In this document: one piece after another, positions 29,271-37,093 of the stretch
How positions within the stretch are numbered: the stretch's first letter is position 1
How the letters are laid out: each line of letters starts with the position of its first letter
Translations under genes and position numbers: made by a program
Assembly (NCBI GenBank): GCA_042216495.1
Contig: JBDGTU010000022.1
Span: 1,208-65,207 of the forward strand
Length of the DNA: 64,000 nucleotides
Reading direction: 5' to 3'
From: Haloferacaceae archaeon
Lineage (GTDB): Archaea; Halobacteriota; Halobacteria; Halobacteriales; Haloferacaceae
The notes under the pieces: generated by a model
Database searches by the model: none
What the model was told of the DNA's origin: nothing
The model's input: only the letters and a program-made list of their open reading frames with translations

Positions 29271-29320
29271 TTCTTCGCCCGGTGGTTTCGACAGAATCCA
29301 GATAAAGCCTTCCGTAACAT

Positions 29321-29334
29321 TATCACCGTTGATA
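29321..29334. promoter_or_regulatory. Palindrome TATCA-CCGT-TGATA upstream of cheY-cheC-cheD
   Basis: Perfect half-sites, 15 nt from the ATAA core at 29302-29305. Confidence 0.75.
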
Positions 29335-29955
29335 CTACTCCGAGAGGTTGACGCCGCGCTCGTCCGCGACGGCCTCCAGCAGGTCGCCGATAGTGTCCTC
29401 GTGACCGAGGTCGTGGGTCTCGAGGAGGCCGACGAGGGTCTGGACGGGGTAGCGAACCGAGACGTTCGACTCGGCGAGGAGGATGCCGAGGACGTCCTCG
29501 ACCGGGGTGCCGTCCCCGACCTGCTGGGCGTACCAGAGGACCAGCGCCTCGAAGCTCGTGACCACGTCGTTCGAGACGACCTGGTGCTGGTCGGGGCGGT
29601 CGCCGAACTTGGCGGTGACGTGGAAGCCGTACTTCGCGTCGGCGTCCTCGAAGTAGTCGACGAGCCAGTCCTCGACGGCGGCCCGGTCGACGGTGGACGT
29701 CGATTCCGTCTCGTCCGTCGTCGACGCGTCGGTTCGCGGGTCGGTCCGCGGGTCGGTGGCGTCTATCGTCGACGCCTCCGACGTCGAATCCGCCGGTCCT
29801 CGGCTCTCGCTCACGCTCGGCGTCCCGCTGGCCGAGACGACGTATCGTCCCTCGTCGAGCATCTCGACGTTCTCGTCGTCGGTGATGTCGAGTTCGTCCT
29901 CCGAGAGGACGCGGCCATCTTCGGGGTCTCCGGGGTCGGGTGGCTCTGACGGCAT
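29335..29955 (-). CDS. Conserved archaellum-cluster protein of unknown function
   Basis: Acidic 206 aa ORF with LSEDELDI...GRYVVS and YGF...SNDV..FE.L..WYA motifs. Lies between cheY and the archaellins. Confidence 0.8.
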   Translation of the reverse strand: MPSEPPDPGDPEDGRVLSEDELDITDDENVEMLDEGRYVVSASGTPSVSESRGPADSTSEASTIDATDPRTDPRTDASTTDETESTSTVDRAAVEDWLVDYFEDADAKYGFHVTAKFGDRPDQHQVVSNDVVTSFEALVLWYAQQVGDGTPVEDVLGILLAESNVSVRYPVQTLVGLLETHDLGHEDTIGDLLEAVADERGVNLSE

Positions 29956-30045
29956 GGGTGCTTGGACGCTCGACTTGATACATCACGTTCGCAAGAATAA
30001 AGGTTCGGGCCGGACCGCCGCCGGAACGGCAAAGCGCCGTACGCG

Positions 30046-30627
30046 TTACTGTAGCGTGACGGCTTCGCCGCTGGGTGGAATCGGATTCGGTGCGCTCACG
30101 GCGATGGTCGTGGTGCCGCCCTGGGCGGTGTTCAGTTTGATGGTGACCTCCTCGCCGGCGCTCAGCACGCCGTAGCCGGATAGCGTCGTCAGATCAATCG
30201 TGATCTTCGTGCGCGCGGTGTCGCTACTGAGCAGGTTCGCGCCGTTCGAACCCTTGACCTGTGTAAGGCTGACGCCACCCGCGTTGTTGATTTTGCTCGT
30301 GACTTCCCCTTGCTGGCCAGTGATTTGCATCGTCACGTCGTTGAGGTTGATGGTATCGGCTCCGGGAGAGCGGCCGACGACGATGTTGAGCGTCGTGATA
30401 CTGGAACCGTCCGACGTGCCTGTCACGGAGATGGTGTTCAGCGTCTGGGTGACCTGTTGACTCGACTGCTGGCCGGTGTCCTGTGCGGATTGCTGGAGGA
30501 AGCCGGCGGTGTTGATGAGGACGCCGGCGGCGATGGCGGCGACCAGGACCATCGCGATGAACACGATGAGCGTCCCGATCCCCACCTGCCCGCGGTCGTC
30601 GTCCGTCGTGAAGAGATTAGCTAGCAT
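30046..30627 (-). CDS. Archaellin (third of three)
   Basis: Class III signal peptide RG|[32 protein letters not shown], then SPGA..I.L. Confidence 0.96.
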   Translation of the reverse strand: MLANLFTTDDDRGQVGIGTLIVFIAMVLVAAIAAGVLINTAGFLQQSAQDTGQQSSQQVTQTLNTISVTGTSDGSSITTLNIVVGRSPGADTINLNDVTMQITGQQGEVTSKINNAGGVSLTQVKGSNGANLLSSDTARTKITIDLTTLSGYGVLSAGEEVTIKLNTAQGGTTTIAVSAPNPIPPSGEAVTLQ

Positions 30628-31249
30628 GGATTACACCTCCTGGATGTATTCGCCGTTGCTCGCCTGACTCAGTGGCGTCGGGGCGTTGATCTGGACGGTC
30701 GTCGTGCCGCCGCTCGGCACCGAAATCGTCAGGGTGACTTGTTCCCCCGCTGCAATCGTCTGCTGTGCCCCGCTACCTATCGAGAACGAGACGAGGATGA
30801 CCGCTTTGTCTGAAGACTGCTGGAGCGTCTTCGAGGTCGTGCCGAACGAAGGGCCGGAGCCGATCTTCGCGCCTAGTTCGTAGTAGCCAGCGTTAGTGGT
30901 GTCGTCGATAGCTGCATTCGTATCAGAGCCATTACCGACGTAACTCAGCACGCCTTCGCCGTTCGGCCCACTCACCGTGATGGTGAGGTCGGCGAGGTTG
31001 ATCGGGTTCGCCCCCGGCGACCGCGACACGGTGAGCCGGACGGTTTTGAGGTTTCCGGAACCGTCGGCGACGCCGACTTCGTTCACTGCCTGGATGGTGT
31101 TACTGACCTGCTCGCTGCTCTGTTGGCCGGTCTCCTGGCTCTGTTGCTGGAGGAAGCCGGCGGTGTTGATGAGGACGCCGGCGGCGATGGCGGCGACCAG
31201 GACCATCGCGATGAACACGATGAGCGTCCCGATCCCCACCTGCCCGCGG
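30490..31249. repeat. 106-bp identical direct repeat in the 5' regions of archaellin genes 2 and 3
   Basis: 30490-30595 is identical to 31144-31249, including synonymous sites. The copy in the first gene (about 31745-31845) has many synonymous changes. Confidence 0.9.
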
Positions 31250-31290
31250 GTCGTCTGGCGTTCGTCTGGAGTGAGGTATTCTTCGAACAT
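30631..31290 (-). CDS. Archaellin (second of three)
   Basis: RG|[24 protein letters not shown], then SPGANPINL. Confidence 0.96.
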   Translation of the reverse strand: MFEEYLTPDERQTTRGQVGIGTLIVFIAMVLVAAIAAGVLINTAGFLQQQSQETGQQSSEQVSNTIQAVNEVGVADGSGNLKTVRLTVSRSPGANPINLADLTITVSGPNGEGVLSYVGNGSDTNAAIDDTTNAGYYELGAKIGSGPSFGTTSKTLQQSSDKAVILVSFSIGSGAQQTIAAGEQVTLTISVPSGGTTTVQINAPTPLSQASNGEYIQEV

Positions 31291-31298
31291 CGTTCTGA

Positions 31299-31868
31299 TT
31301 AGACGCGGACCGCCTCGCCGTCGTTCTTGTCCGACAGCGGCGACGGTGCTTCGATCACCACGGTGGTCGTCGCCCCCGAGGCAGTGATAATTTTCAGCTC
31401 ACCCTCCTTACCGGGGGAAAGCTGCGTGCCCGGATTCTGTGCGAGCGTGATGGTGATGACCGCGCGGTCCTTGGCCACCTGAAGCGTACTGATGCCACCG
31501 CCGGACGGGTCGGTGATGGTTATCCCGGTACCCGCACCTTCGACCGCGAAGCGGTTGGTGCCTTGCGTGTACTCGAACGTCGTCTTCGAGAGGTCGATGG
31601 GGTCAGCACCCGGACTCTTCTTGACGAGTAGTTTTATCTTGCCGACGGTGTTGTTCCCTCCGTCGACGAGGCCCGTTTCACTGACCACGGTCAGCGAGTT
31701 ACTGACCTCCTCCGATGCTTGTTGACCAGTCGATTGCGACTGTTGTTGCAGGAAGCCCGCCGTGTTGATCAGGACCCCGGCCGCGATTGCGGCGACCAGG
31801 ACCATCGCGATGAACACGATGAGGGTCCCGATACCGACCTGCCCCCTGTCTGAATCTTTCTCGAACAT
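31299..31868 (-). CDS. Archaellin (first of three)
   Basis: RG|[24 protein letters not shown], then SPGADPIDL. Confidence 0.96.
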   Translation of the reverse strand: MFEKDSDRGQVGIGTLIVFIAMVLVAAIAAGVLINTAGFLQQQSQSTGQQASEEVSNSLTVVSETGLVDGGNNTVGKIKLLVKKSPGADPIDLSKTTFEYTQGTNRFAVEGAGTGITITDPSGGGISTLQVAKDRAVITITLAQNPGTQLSPGKEGELKIITASGATTTVVIEAPSPLSDKNDGEAVRV

Positions 31869-31951
31869 AGTTCGGTCGTCAACCCGCGGACACTGTCCTC
31901 GGGCTCTACCTGAGACCTGTCACAAGTTACTATTAAAGATATGGACCCGAA

Positions 31952-31965
31952 TATCACTCGTGAAA
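31952..31965. promoter_or_regulatory. Palindrome variant TATCA-CTCG-TGAAA upstream of the archaellin operon
   Basis: One mismatch, 15 nt from the TTAA core at 31933-31936. Confidence 0.7.
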
Positions 31966-32014
31966 AAGAGAGATAGAAGCCGTTAACCGGTTATTTAGCG
32001 AGTGAGAATCACAC

Positions 32015-32296
32015 TCACTCGTAGATGACGAGGCTGTAGACGACGGCGATGAATCCGAGCGAGGAGAAGCCGCTGTTGACCAGTAGCAGCGACCGGACTT
32101 CGCTGAATCCGGTGAGGAACGCACTGAGTACGGTCGCGATCGTCGCGGCGGCGATCAGTGAGAACCCGACGGACACGAATATCATCGACCGACGCTGGGT
32201 GCGGACGTACGCCTGTACCGCCATACCGACCATCGTGAGGCCGGAGACGACCAGTATGGCGCTGAAGACCACGTAGAGTGATACGATGACGCTCAT
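32015..32296 (-). CDS. Small 3-TM membrane protein of haloarchaeal motility clusters
   Basis: 93 aa, three hydrophobic helices, AY.RT.R.SM..VSVGF pattern. Has its own promoter and palindrome. Confidence 0.75.
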   Translation of the reverse strand: MSVIVSLYVVFSAILVVSGLTMVGMAVQAYVRTQRRSMIFVSVGFSLIAAATIATVLSAFLTGFSEVRSLLLVNSGFSSLGFIAVVYSLVIYE

Positions 32297-32349
32297 CTCG
32301 ATGTCGGATTGACCTCCGACGAACAGGTCGATAAAGCTACCCCCTCAGC

Positions 32350-32363
32350 TATCAACCGTGATA
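32350..32363. promoter_or_regulatory. Palindrome TATCA-ACCG-TGATA upstream of the small membrane protein gene
   Basis: Perfect half-sites, 15 nt from the ATAA core at 32331-32334. Confidence 0.75.
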
Positions 32364-32413
32364 TTCGCCGTCGCAATCCCCAGTAATCGCCAATACTTTT
32401 ATCACACCCAAAC

Positions 32414-32427
32414 TATCTTTACTGATA
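32414..32427. promoter_or_regulatory. Palindrome variant TATCT-TTAC-TGATA between the TATA box and the ATG of the wHTH regulator (repressor position)
   Basis: TTTTAT at 32397-32402, motif at 32414-32427, ATG at 32432. Confidence 0.65.
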
Positions 32428-32431
32428 ACCG

Positions 32432-32770
32432 ATGGAGGGGGAAGAGTTGCTTCAGGTGCTGGGTAACGAGTACAACGCCGACATCCTCGGGTCGACGCAC
32501 GAACCGCGGTCCGCACAGGAACTGAGCGACGAACTCGACGTGCCCATCGCGACCTGCTATCGACGAATCGAGGAGTTGACCGACGCGAATCTGCTCCAAC
32601 ACCACGACCGGGTCCTCTCCGACGAACGGCGACGCGTCAACGTCTACCGCCGCGACGTCGACGAGGTTCGAATCGAGTTCGGCGAGGACTCCTACTCGGT
32701 CGAAGTGGAAGAACGGACGCGCGTGAAAAACACGCTCGACGAAGCGTGGCGGACGCTCTCGAAGGGATAG
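32432..32770 (+). CDS. Winged-helix (ArsR-like) transcription regulator of the archaellum cluster
   Basis: SAQELSDELDVPIATCYRRIEEL HTH followed by a beta-wing. Confidence 0.88.
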   Translation: MEGEELLQVLGNEYNADILGSTHEPRSAQELSDELDVPIATCYRRIEELTDANLLQHHDRVLSDERRRVNVYRRDVDEVRIEFGEDSYSVEVEERTRVKNTLDEAWRTLSKG

Positions 32771-33496
32771 TTACGGCAGCGACGACCCCTGGTCCATCAT
32801 CGAGAAGCCGGCGGCCCGTTCGTGGACGGTGATGCCCCCCTCACTGATCTCCATCGGGAAGATGTCCGTCTCGATGTTCTGCTTTCGCATCTTGGCGACC
32901 CAGATGTACCGGTTGACGCCCGATTCGGTCGGCGTCTGAATCAGATAGATGTTCCCGTCTGTGAGGAAGTTCTCCAGGCCGATGTCGGTCTCGGGAAACA
33001 CTGCCGCCTGTTCGTTGATGAGGAGCGACGTGAGTCCGTTCCCCTTGAGGATGTCGGAGAACTTGAGCAGGTACGTGCGTTTCTCCTTCTCCGTCTCGAA
33101 AAACAGCTCGAACATCGTGAGCGAATCCAGAACGAGGCGCTCGTACTCCGTCTCCTCGAACGCCTCCAGCAGTCGGTCGAGCGTCTCGCCGAAGTCGCCG
33201 TCGCCGAGCAGTTCGCGCTTGTCGTAGACGAGGATGTCGCCGTCGTCGACGAGCGCCTCCCACTCGTCGAAGCCAATCGATTCGGCTGCCTGTTGGATGT
33301 CCGATGCGTTCTCCTCGAACGAGAGGTAGATTCCCTTCTCGTCGAACTCCCGAACGCCGTTGTAGATGAACTGGAGGCCGAGAATGCTCTTTCCGGTTCC
33401 GGGGTTCCCGCTGACGAGAACCGTCGCGTCTTCGACGATTCCGCCGTCGAGTATCGAATCGAGACCGTCGATTCCCGTCTTCGTCAGCTCGGTCAT
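32771..33496 (-). CDS. KaiC/RAD55-family ATPase (CirA-like)
   Basis: TGIDGLD..L.GG, GNPGTGKS, SFEE, LVLDS, KMR. Confidence 0.92.
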   Translation of the reverse strand: MTELTKTGIDGLDSILDGGIVEDATVLVSGNPGTGKSILGLQFIYNGVREFDEKGIYLSFEENASDIQQAAESIGFDEWEALVDDGDILVYDKRELLGDGDFGETLDRLLEAFEETEYERLVLDSLTMFELFFETEKEKRTYLLKFSDILKGNGLTSLLINEQAAVFPETDIGLENFLTDGNIYLIQTPTESGVNRYIWVAKMRKQNIETDIFPMEISEGGITVHERAAGFSMMDQGSSLP

Positions 33497-33577
33497 GACC
33501 TCCCTTTCGCACGGAGCGATTGATATATCTGGCCGTGCCGGCGGTCTGGACGCTCACGCGGACCCTGACTCCTCCGT

Positions 33578-33591
33578 TCTCAGAGCTGAGA
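33578..33591. promoter_or_regulatory. Palindrome TCTCA-GAGC-TGAGA (within GTTCTCAG-AG-CTGAGAAC) upstream of the second KaiC-like gene
   Basis: Same variant as the 13394 site. TATA-like TGTATTT at 33604-33610, ATG at 33636. Confidence 0.6.
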
Positions 33592-33635
33592 ACTCGGTCG
33601 AAATGTATTTGCCCCTCCTCGAACCCAGTACGCCA

Positions 33636-34340
33636 ATGAGAGTTTCGACCGGTATCCCCCGCTTCGACTCGCTGGTCGACGGCGGCCTCCTCGAGAACCG
33701 GCTGTACGTCCTGAGCGGTCCCCCCGGGAGCGGCAAGACGACGTTCTCCGCGCACTTCGTGACCGAGGGCGCACTGGCGGGCGAGCGGTGTCTCTTCTTG
33801 AGCATGCACGAGGCAAAGTCCGAGTTGACACACGACATGAGCGGGTACGAGTTCGGCTTCGACCGGGCCATCGAATCGTCGAATCTCGAGTTCCTGAACG
33901 TCTTCGACGCGAACACGAAGCGACTGCTCGGCGGCGGCGACAACGCCGACTTCGCGACCGGGGTCAAGAATATGACCAACCGCCTCGTCTCGTTTATCAA
34001 CTCACGCGGCATCGACCGCCTCGTCATCGATTCGACGATGATTCTCCAGTACTTCTTCCCGGACAACGACGAGGCGTTCATCCAGTTTCTCACCTCGCTG
34101 AAACGCATCGACGCGACGACGCTCCTGATATCGGAGATGACCGACCCGAGTTCCTACGCCGACGAACATTACATCTCACACGGCGTCGTCTTCCTCCACA
34201 ACTACCTGGAGTCGACGGGGATGACCCGGGGCATACAGATCATCAAGATGCGCGGGACGAACATCGACAGCGACATCCGCGAGGTGGAGTTCACCGACGA
34301 CGGCCTCCAAGTGTTCCCCGACCGGAAACTGCAGGGTTGA
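33636..34340 (+). CDS. KaiC/RAD55-family ATPase
   Basis: Start reassigned to ATG 33636. STGIPRFD..V.GG, GPPGSGKT, LVIDS, IKMRG. Confidence 0.92.
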   Translation: MRVSTGIPRFDSLVDGGLLENRLYVLSGPPGSGKTTFSAHFVTEGALAGERCLFLSMHEAKSELTHDMSGYEFGFDRAIESSNLEFLNVFDANTKRLLGGGDNADFATGVKNMTNRLVSFINSRGIDRLVIDSTMILQYFFPDNDEAFIQFLTSLKRIDATTLLISEMTDPSSYADEHYISHGVVFLHNYLESTGMTRGIQIIKMRGTNIDSDIREVEFTDDGLQVFPDRKLQG

Positions 34341-34341
34341 G

Positions 34342-34749
34342 ATGTACGACTCCGAATACGGCACCGACTGGACCGACATCGACCGGGAGTCGATACTCGA
34401 ACGGGCGTTCGCGCTCGGCGTGGCGAGCGTCATCGACGCGCCGAACGAAACCGAGTATCAGCGACTCCTCGAAGCGGCCGACACGACGTACGAACGGAGC
34501 CTCGTCGAACTCGCACACAACGAGGGAAAGCGCAAGGCGCGAAAACAGAAGACGGCCGCCGCCGACCCGACCGAGGTCTGGACGGCGCTCGTGGGCGACG
34601 ACGCCGAATCGTCCACCGAGAGCACCGACACCGAGGACGAGACGCGGCCACGGGGCCTCCCGCCCGCCCTCGACCGCGTCGCTCACTCGTCGTTGCCGGA
34701 CGACGGACGTGACAACCTCCGGCTACCGGACTTCTTGCGGCGGAAGTGA
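34342..34749 (+). CDS. Hypothetical protein co-transcribed with the KaiC-like ATPase
   Basis: Starts 1 nt after the KaiC-like stop. Acidic and helical, with ERAFALGVA and a LRLPDFL C-terminus. Confidence 0.75.
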   Translation: MYDSEYGTDWTDIDRESILERAFALGVASVIDAPNETEYQRLLEAADTTYERSLVELAHNEGKRKARKQKTAAADPTEVWTALVGDDAESSTESTDTEDETRPRGLPPALDRVAHSSLPDDGRDNLRLPDFLRRK

Positions 34750-34825
34750 TTCTCTCGCCCCCGACGTGCCTTTGCCACTGTATTAATGAACGTGGGGGCC
34801 CCACACTGGGTGGTAGGGAAGGGCC

Positions 34826-35458
34826 GTGGTTTCACTGGAGCTACTAGACGACGTCGAGACAGGAACGAATCTGTTGTTCACGGGGCCACCGATGACCGGC
34901 AAGTACCAGCTTCTGCTGGAGTTTCTCGGTCGGTCGTCGGACGCCGCCATCGTCGTCACGACGAAAAACGGCGTCGAGACGGTCCGTTCTGACCTCGACG
35001 CGATTCGCCACTACGACGACGACCGCGTCGGCGTGGTCGACTGTGTGACCCAACAGCGAGACATCGCTTCCGGCGGGGCCGCGGAGACGGAGACCACGAA
35101 GTTCGTCTCCTCTCCGGGGAATCTCACGCGGATCGGCGTCGAGTTCACCGACCTCTTCGAGCGCTTCAACGAGCGCGGACTCCGGACGCGGGTCGGCGTT
35201 CACTCCGCGTCCCAACTCGTGATGTACTCGAACCTGAAACAGGTCTATCAGTTCCTCCAGGTGCTGACGGGAAAACTCCAGAGCGCAGGCTGGACCGGCG
35301 GCGTGGTCCTCGACTCGACGGCCCACGACGACCAGACCATCTACACGCTACAGGAACTGTTCGACGGCATCGTCGAGACTCGCGAATCGGCGGAGGGACG
35401 CCGCGAGATGCGAGTCCGCGGGCTCTCGGCCGAAGCGTCGCCGTGGCAACCGTTCTAG
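34826..35458 (+). CDS. Divergent KaiC/RecA-superfamily protein, probably inactive
   Basis: GTNLLFTGPPMTGKY (degenerate Walker A), VGVVDCV, SSPGNLT.IG, LFDG, W.PF C-terminus. Confidence 0.85.
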   Translation: MVSLELLDDVETGTNLLFTGPPMTGKYQLLLEFLGRSSDAAIVVTTKNGVETVRSDLDAIRHYDDDRVGVVDCVTQQRDIASGGAAETETTKFVSSPGNLTRIGVEFTDLFERFNERGLRTRVGVHSASQLVMYSNLKQVYQFLQVLTGKLQSAGWTGGVVLDSTAHDDQTIYTLQELFDGIVETRESAEGRREMRVRGLSAEASPWQPF

Positions 35459-35991
35459 GCCGACTCCTCGCCCTCGGCGTCGTCGAGCGTCGCCGGGAAC
35501 GCCTTGTCGGCCGGAACGTTCCGGAGACGCTCCGCGAACCGGTCGTGTTCGTCGGCCAGTCGCGACCGTAGCTCCTCGTACTCCGGGTCGGACCGGAGTT
35601 CGTCCATCGACCGCCCGGCCCTGAGCTCCGCGAGCCGTTCGGCGACCTCGTAACAGGCACTGGCCCGGTCCCCGAGTTCTGCACACGCCAACACCTCGTC
35701 GACGAACGCCCGCAGTTCCGCCGGGGTCGTCGGTCCACAGTGGCAGTCGTCGACGTCGAACGCCGCGTCGTCATCGCAGACGGCGACCACGGGACAGTCG
35801 CTCCGCCGCAACTCCCCTTCGAGGACGTCGGACGACTCGGCCGCTGGCGTCAGTACGACGAGCGCTCTCTCGCTCACGTTGCGTGCGTCGTCGGGTGCCG
35901 TCGTCCGGACCCGGTAACGGTCGGATAATGCGTCTTCGAGTCGGGCGCTGACGCTCCCCTCCCCGACGACTAAAATCGTCTTCCGTTTCAC
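35455..35991 (-). CDS. Degenerate receiver plus HalX-domain protein
   Basis: GTG start. TILVVGE and LVVLT lack the acidic pocket and phospho-Asp. C-terminal DELRSDPEYEELRSRL resembles the HalX tail of 10660-11247. Confidence 0.7.
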   Translation of the reverse strand: MKRKTILVVGEGSVSARLEDALSDRYRVRTTAPDDARNVSERALVVLTPAAESSDVLEGELRRSDCPVVAVCDDDAAFDVDDCHCGPTTPAELRAFVDEVLACAELGDRASACYEVAERLAELRAGRSMDELRSDPEYEELRSRLADEHDRFAERLRNVPADKAFPATLDDAEGEESA

Positions 35992-36223
35992 GTTATCCCA
36001 CCCGACTCCAGCTACGGAGCGCCGATGCCCGGAATTTCATATTCGTCGTTCCTCCCCTCATATACTCGGTACGACCATTCGTGCGGCTGGAACGTGATAA
36101 ATCTAGAGATAATTCGAAGAGGCCGTATCGCGTCCGTATATCTCCTCTCGGCCGCGTAAACGCTCTGAATTCGCCCAACAGTGGCGATAGTTGTCACGTA
36201 TCGAGCAGCGGTCGACGCCGAAG

Positions 36224-37093
36224 CTACTCCTGCATCACGCGGTCGGGTGCCGTCCAGATGACGAACCCGTCCTCCTCGTCTCGCCTGACGATGCCGTTTA
36301 TCCACGGCTCCTCGACCGGCGACGGCGTGACGTCGGCCTCGGAAACGTGTGTCACCCGGCGGACGTCGTCGACGGCCCAGCCGACCTCCCAGTCGTCTTC
36401 CATACTGTCCGCGTCGAAGACGATTATCAGGTCACCCTCACGGTCGGAGTCGGTGTCGAGGGCGCGTTTCGGGTCGATGACCGTCGTGATGCTCCCGCGG
36501 AGGTCGATGACGCCCTCCACCTCGTCGGGGGCGTTGGGGACGCGCGTTATCGACCCGCGCTCGACTATCTGTTCGATGTAGGTGATGTCGAGACAGTACC
36601 GCTCGTCGCCGAGGTCGAATTCGAGAACCGCCGTCTCTTCGCCCCGTTCGTCGTCTTTCCCCTCGTCTACCCCGTCGCCGTCGTCGGTCACCGCCTCCTC
36701 GACGAACGCGTCGACGACGTCTCCGTCGGCCGCGTCCTCGAACGCGTCCGCGGCGGTGTCGTCGTCGAACACCTCGCGAGCGTCCGAAATCGCGGACGCC
36801 GACTCGGCTGCGGCAACTGCCGCCGTCGCGCCGTCGCCGGCGGCGGTGGCAGTGGCTCCACCGTCACCGTCGTCGGCGGATGAGGAGTCGTCGGTCGCGG
36901 TGTCGTCGGTCGCGGTGTCGTCGTCGGACGAAGTTTCGACGGCGGACGTCCCGTCGGTGGCGGACATCTCGTCGTCGTCGGTCGGCCCGTCAGTGGCGTC
37001 GGTCGACGCGTCGTCTCCCCCGTTGCTCTGTCGCCCCTCGCGCATTCGCTGAATGCGCTCCGTCCGTTCGGTCCGGTCGCGGTCGGACGTCAT
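36224..37093 (-). CDS. cheW: CheW with a long acidic N-terminal extension
   Basis: Start reassigned to ATG 37093 (ATGA overlap with the parA stop). About 150 aa extension, then LEFDLGDERYC, VPNAP..VEGVIDLRG, GWAVDDV. Confidence 0.92.
   Translation of the reverse strand: MTSDRDRTERTERIQRMREGRQSNGGDDASTDATDGPTDDDEMSATDGTSAVETSSDDDTATDDTATDDSSSADDGDGGATATAAGDGATAAVAAAESASAISDAREVFDDDTAADAFEDAADGDVVDAFVEEAVTDDGDGVDEGKDDERGEETAVLEFDLGDERYCLDITYIEQIVERGSITRVPNAPDEVEGVIDLRGSITTVIDPKRALDTDSDREGDLIIVFDADSMEDDWEVGWAVDDVRRVTHVSEADVTPSPVEEPWINGIVRRDEEDGFVIWTAPDRVMQE

Noticed and set aside
32771-35458. KaiC-like genes as a circadian clock
   Set aside because: They are single-domain proteins with no kaiA or kaiB in the window. 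A general signalling role is better supported.
36060-36140. Additional motility-motif copies (half-sites at 11388, 29976, 36095, 38415 and 62075)
   Set aside because: Only one half-site matches, or the spacing to a TATA core is wrong. Not counted.
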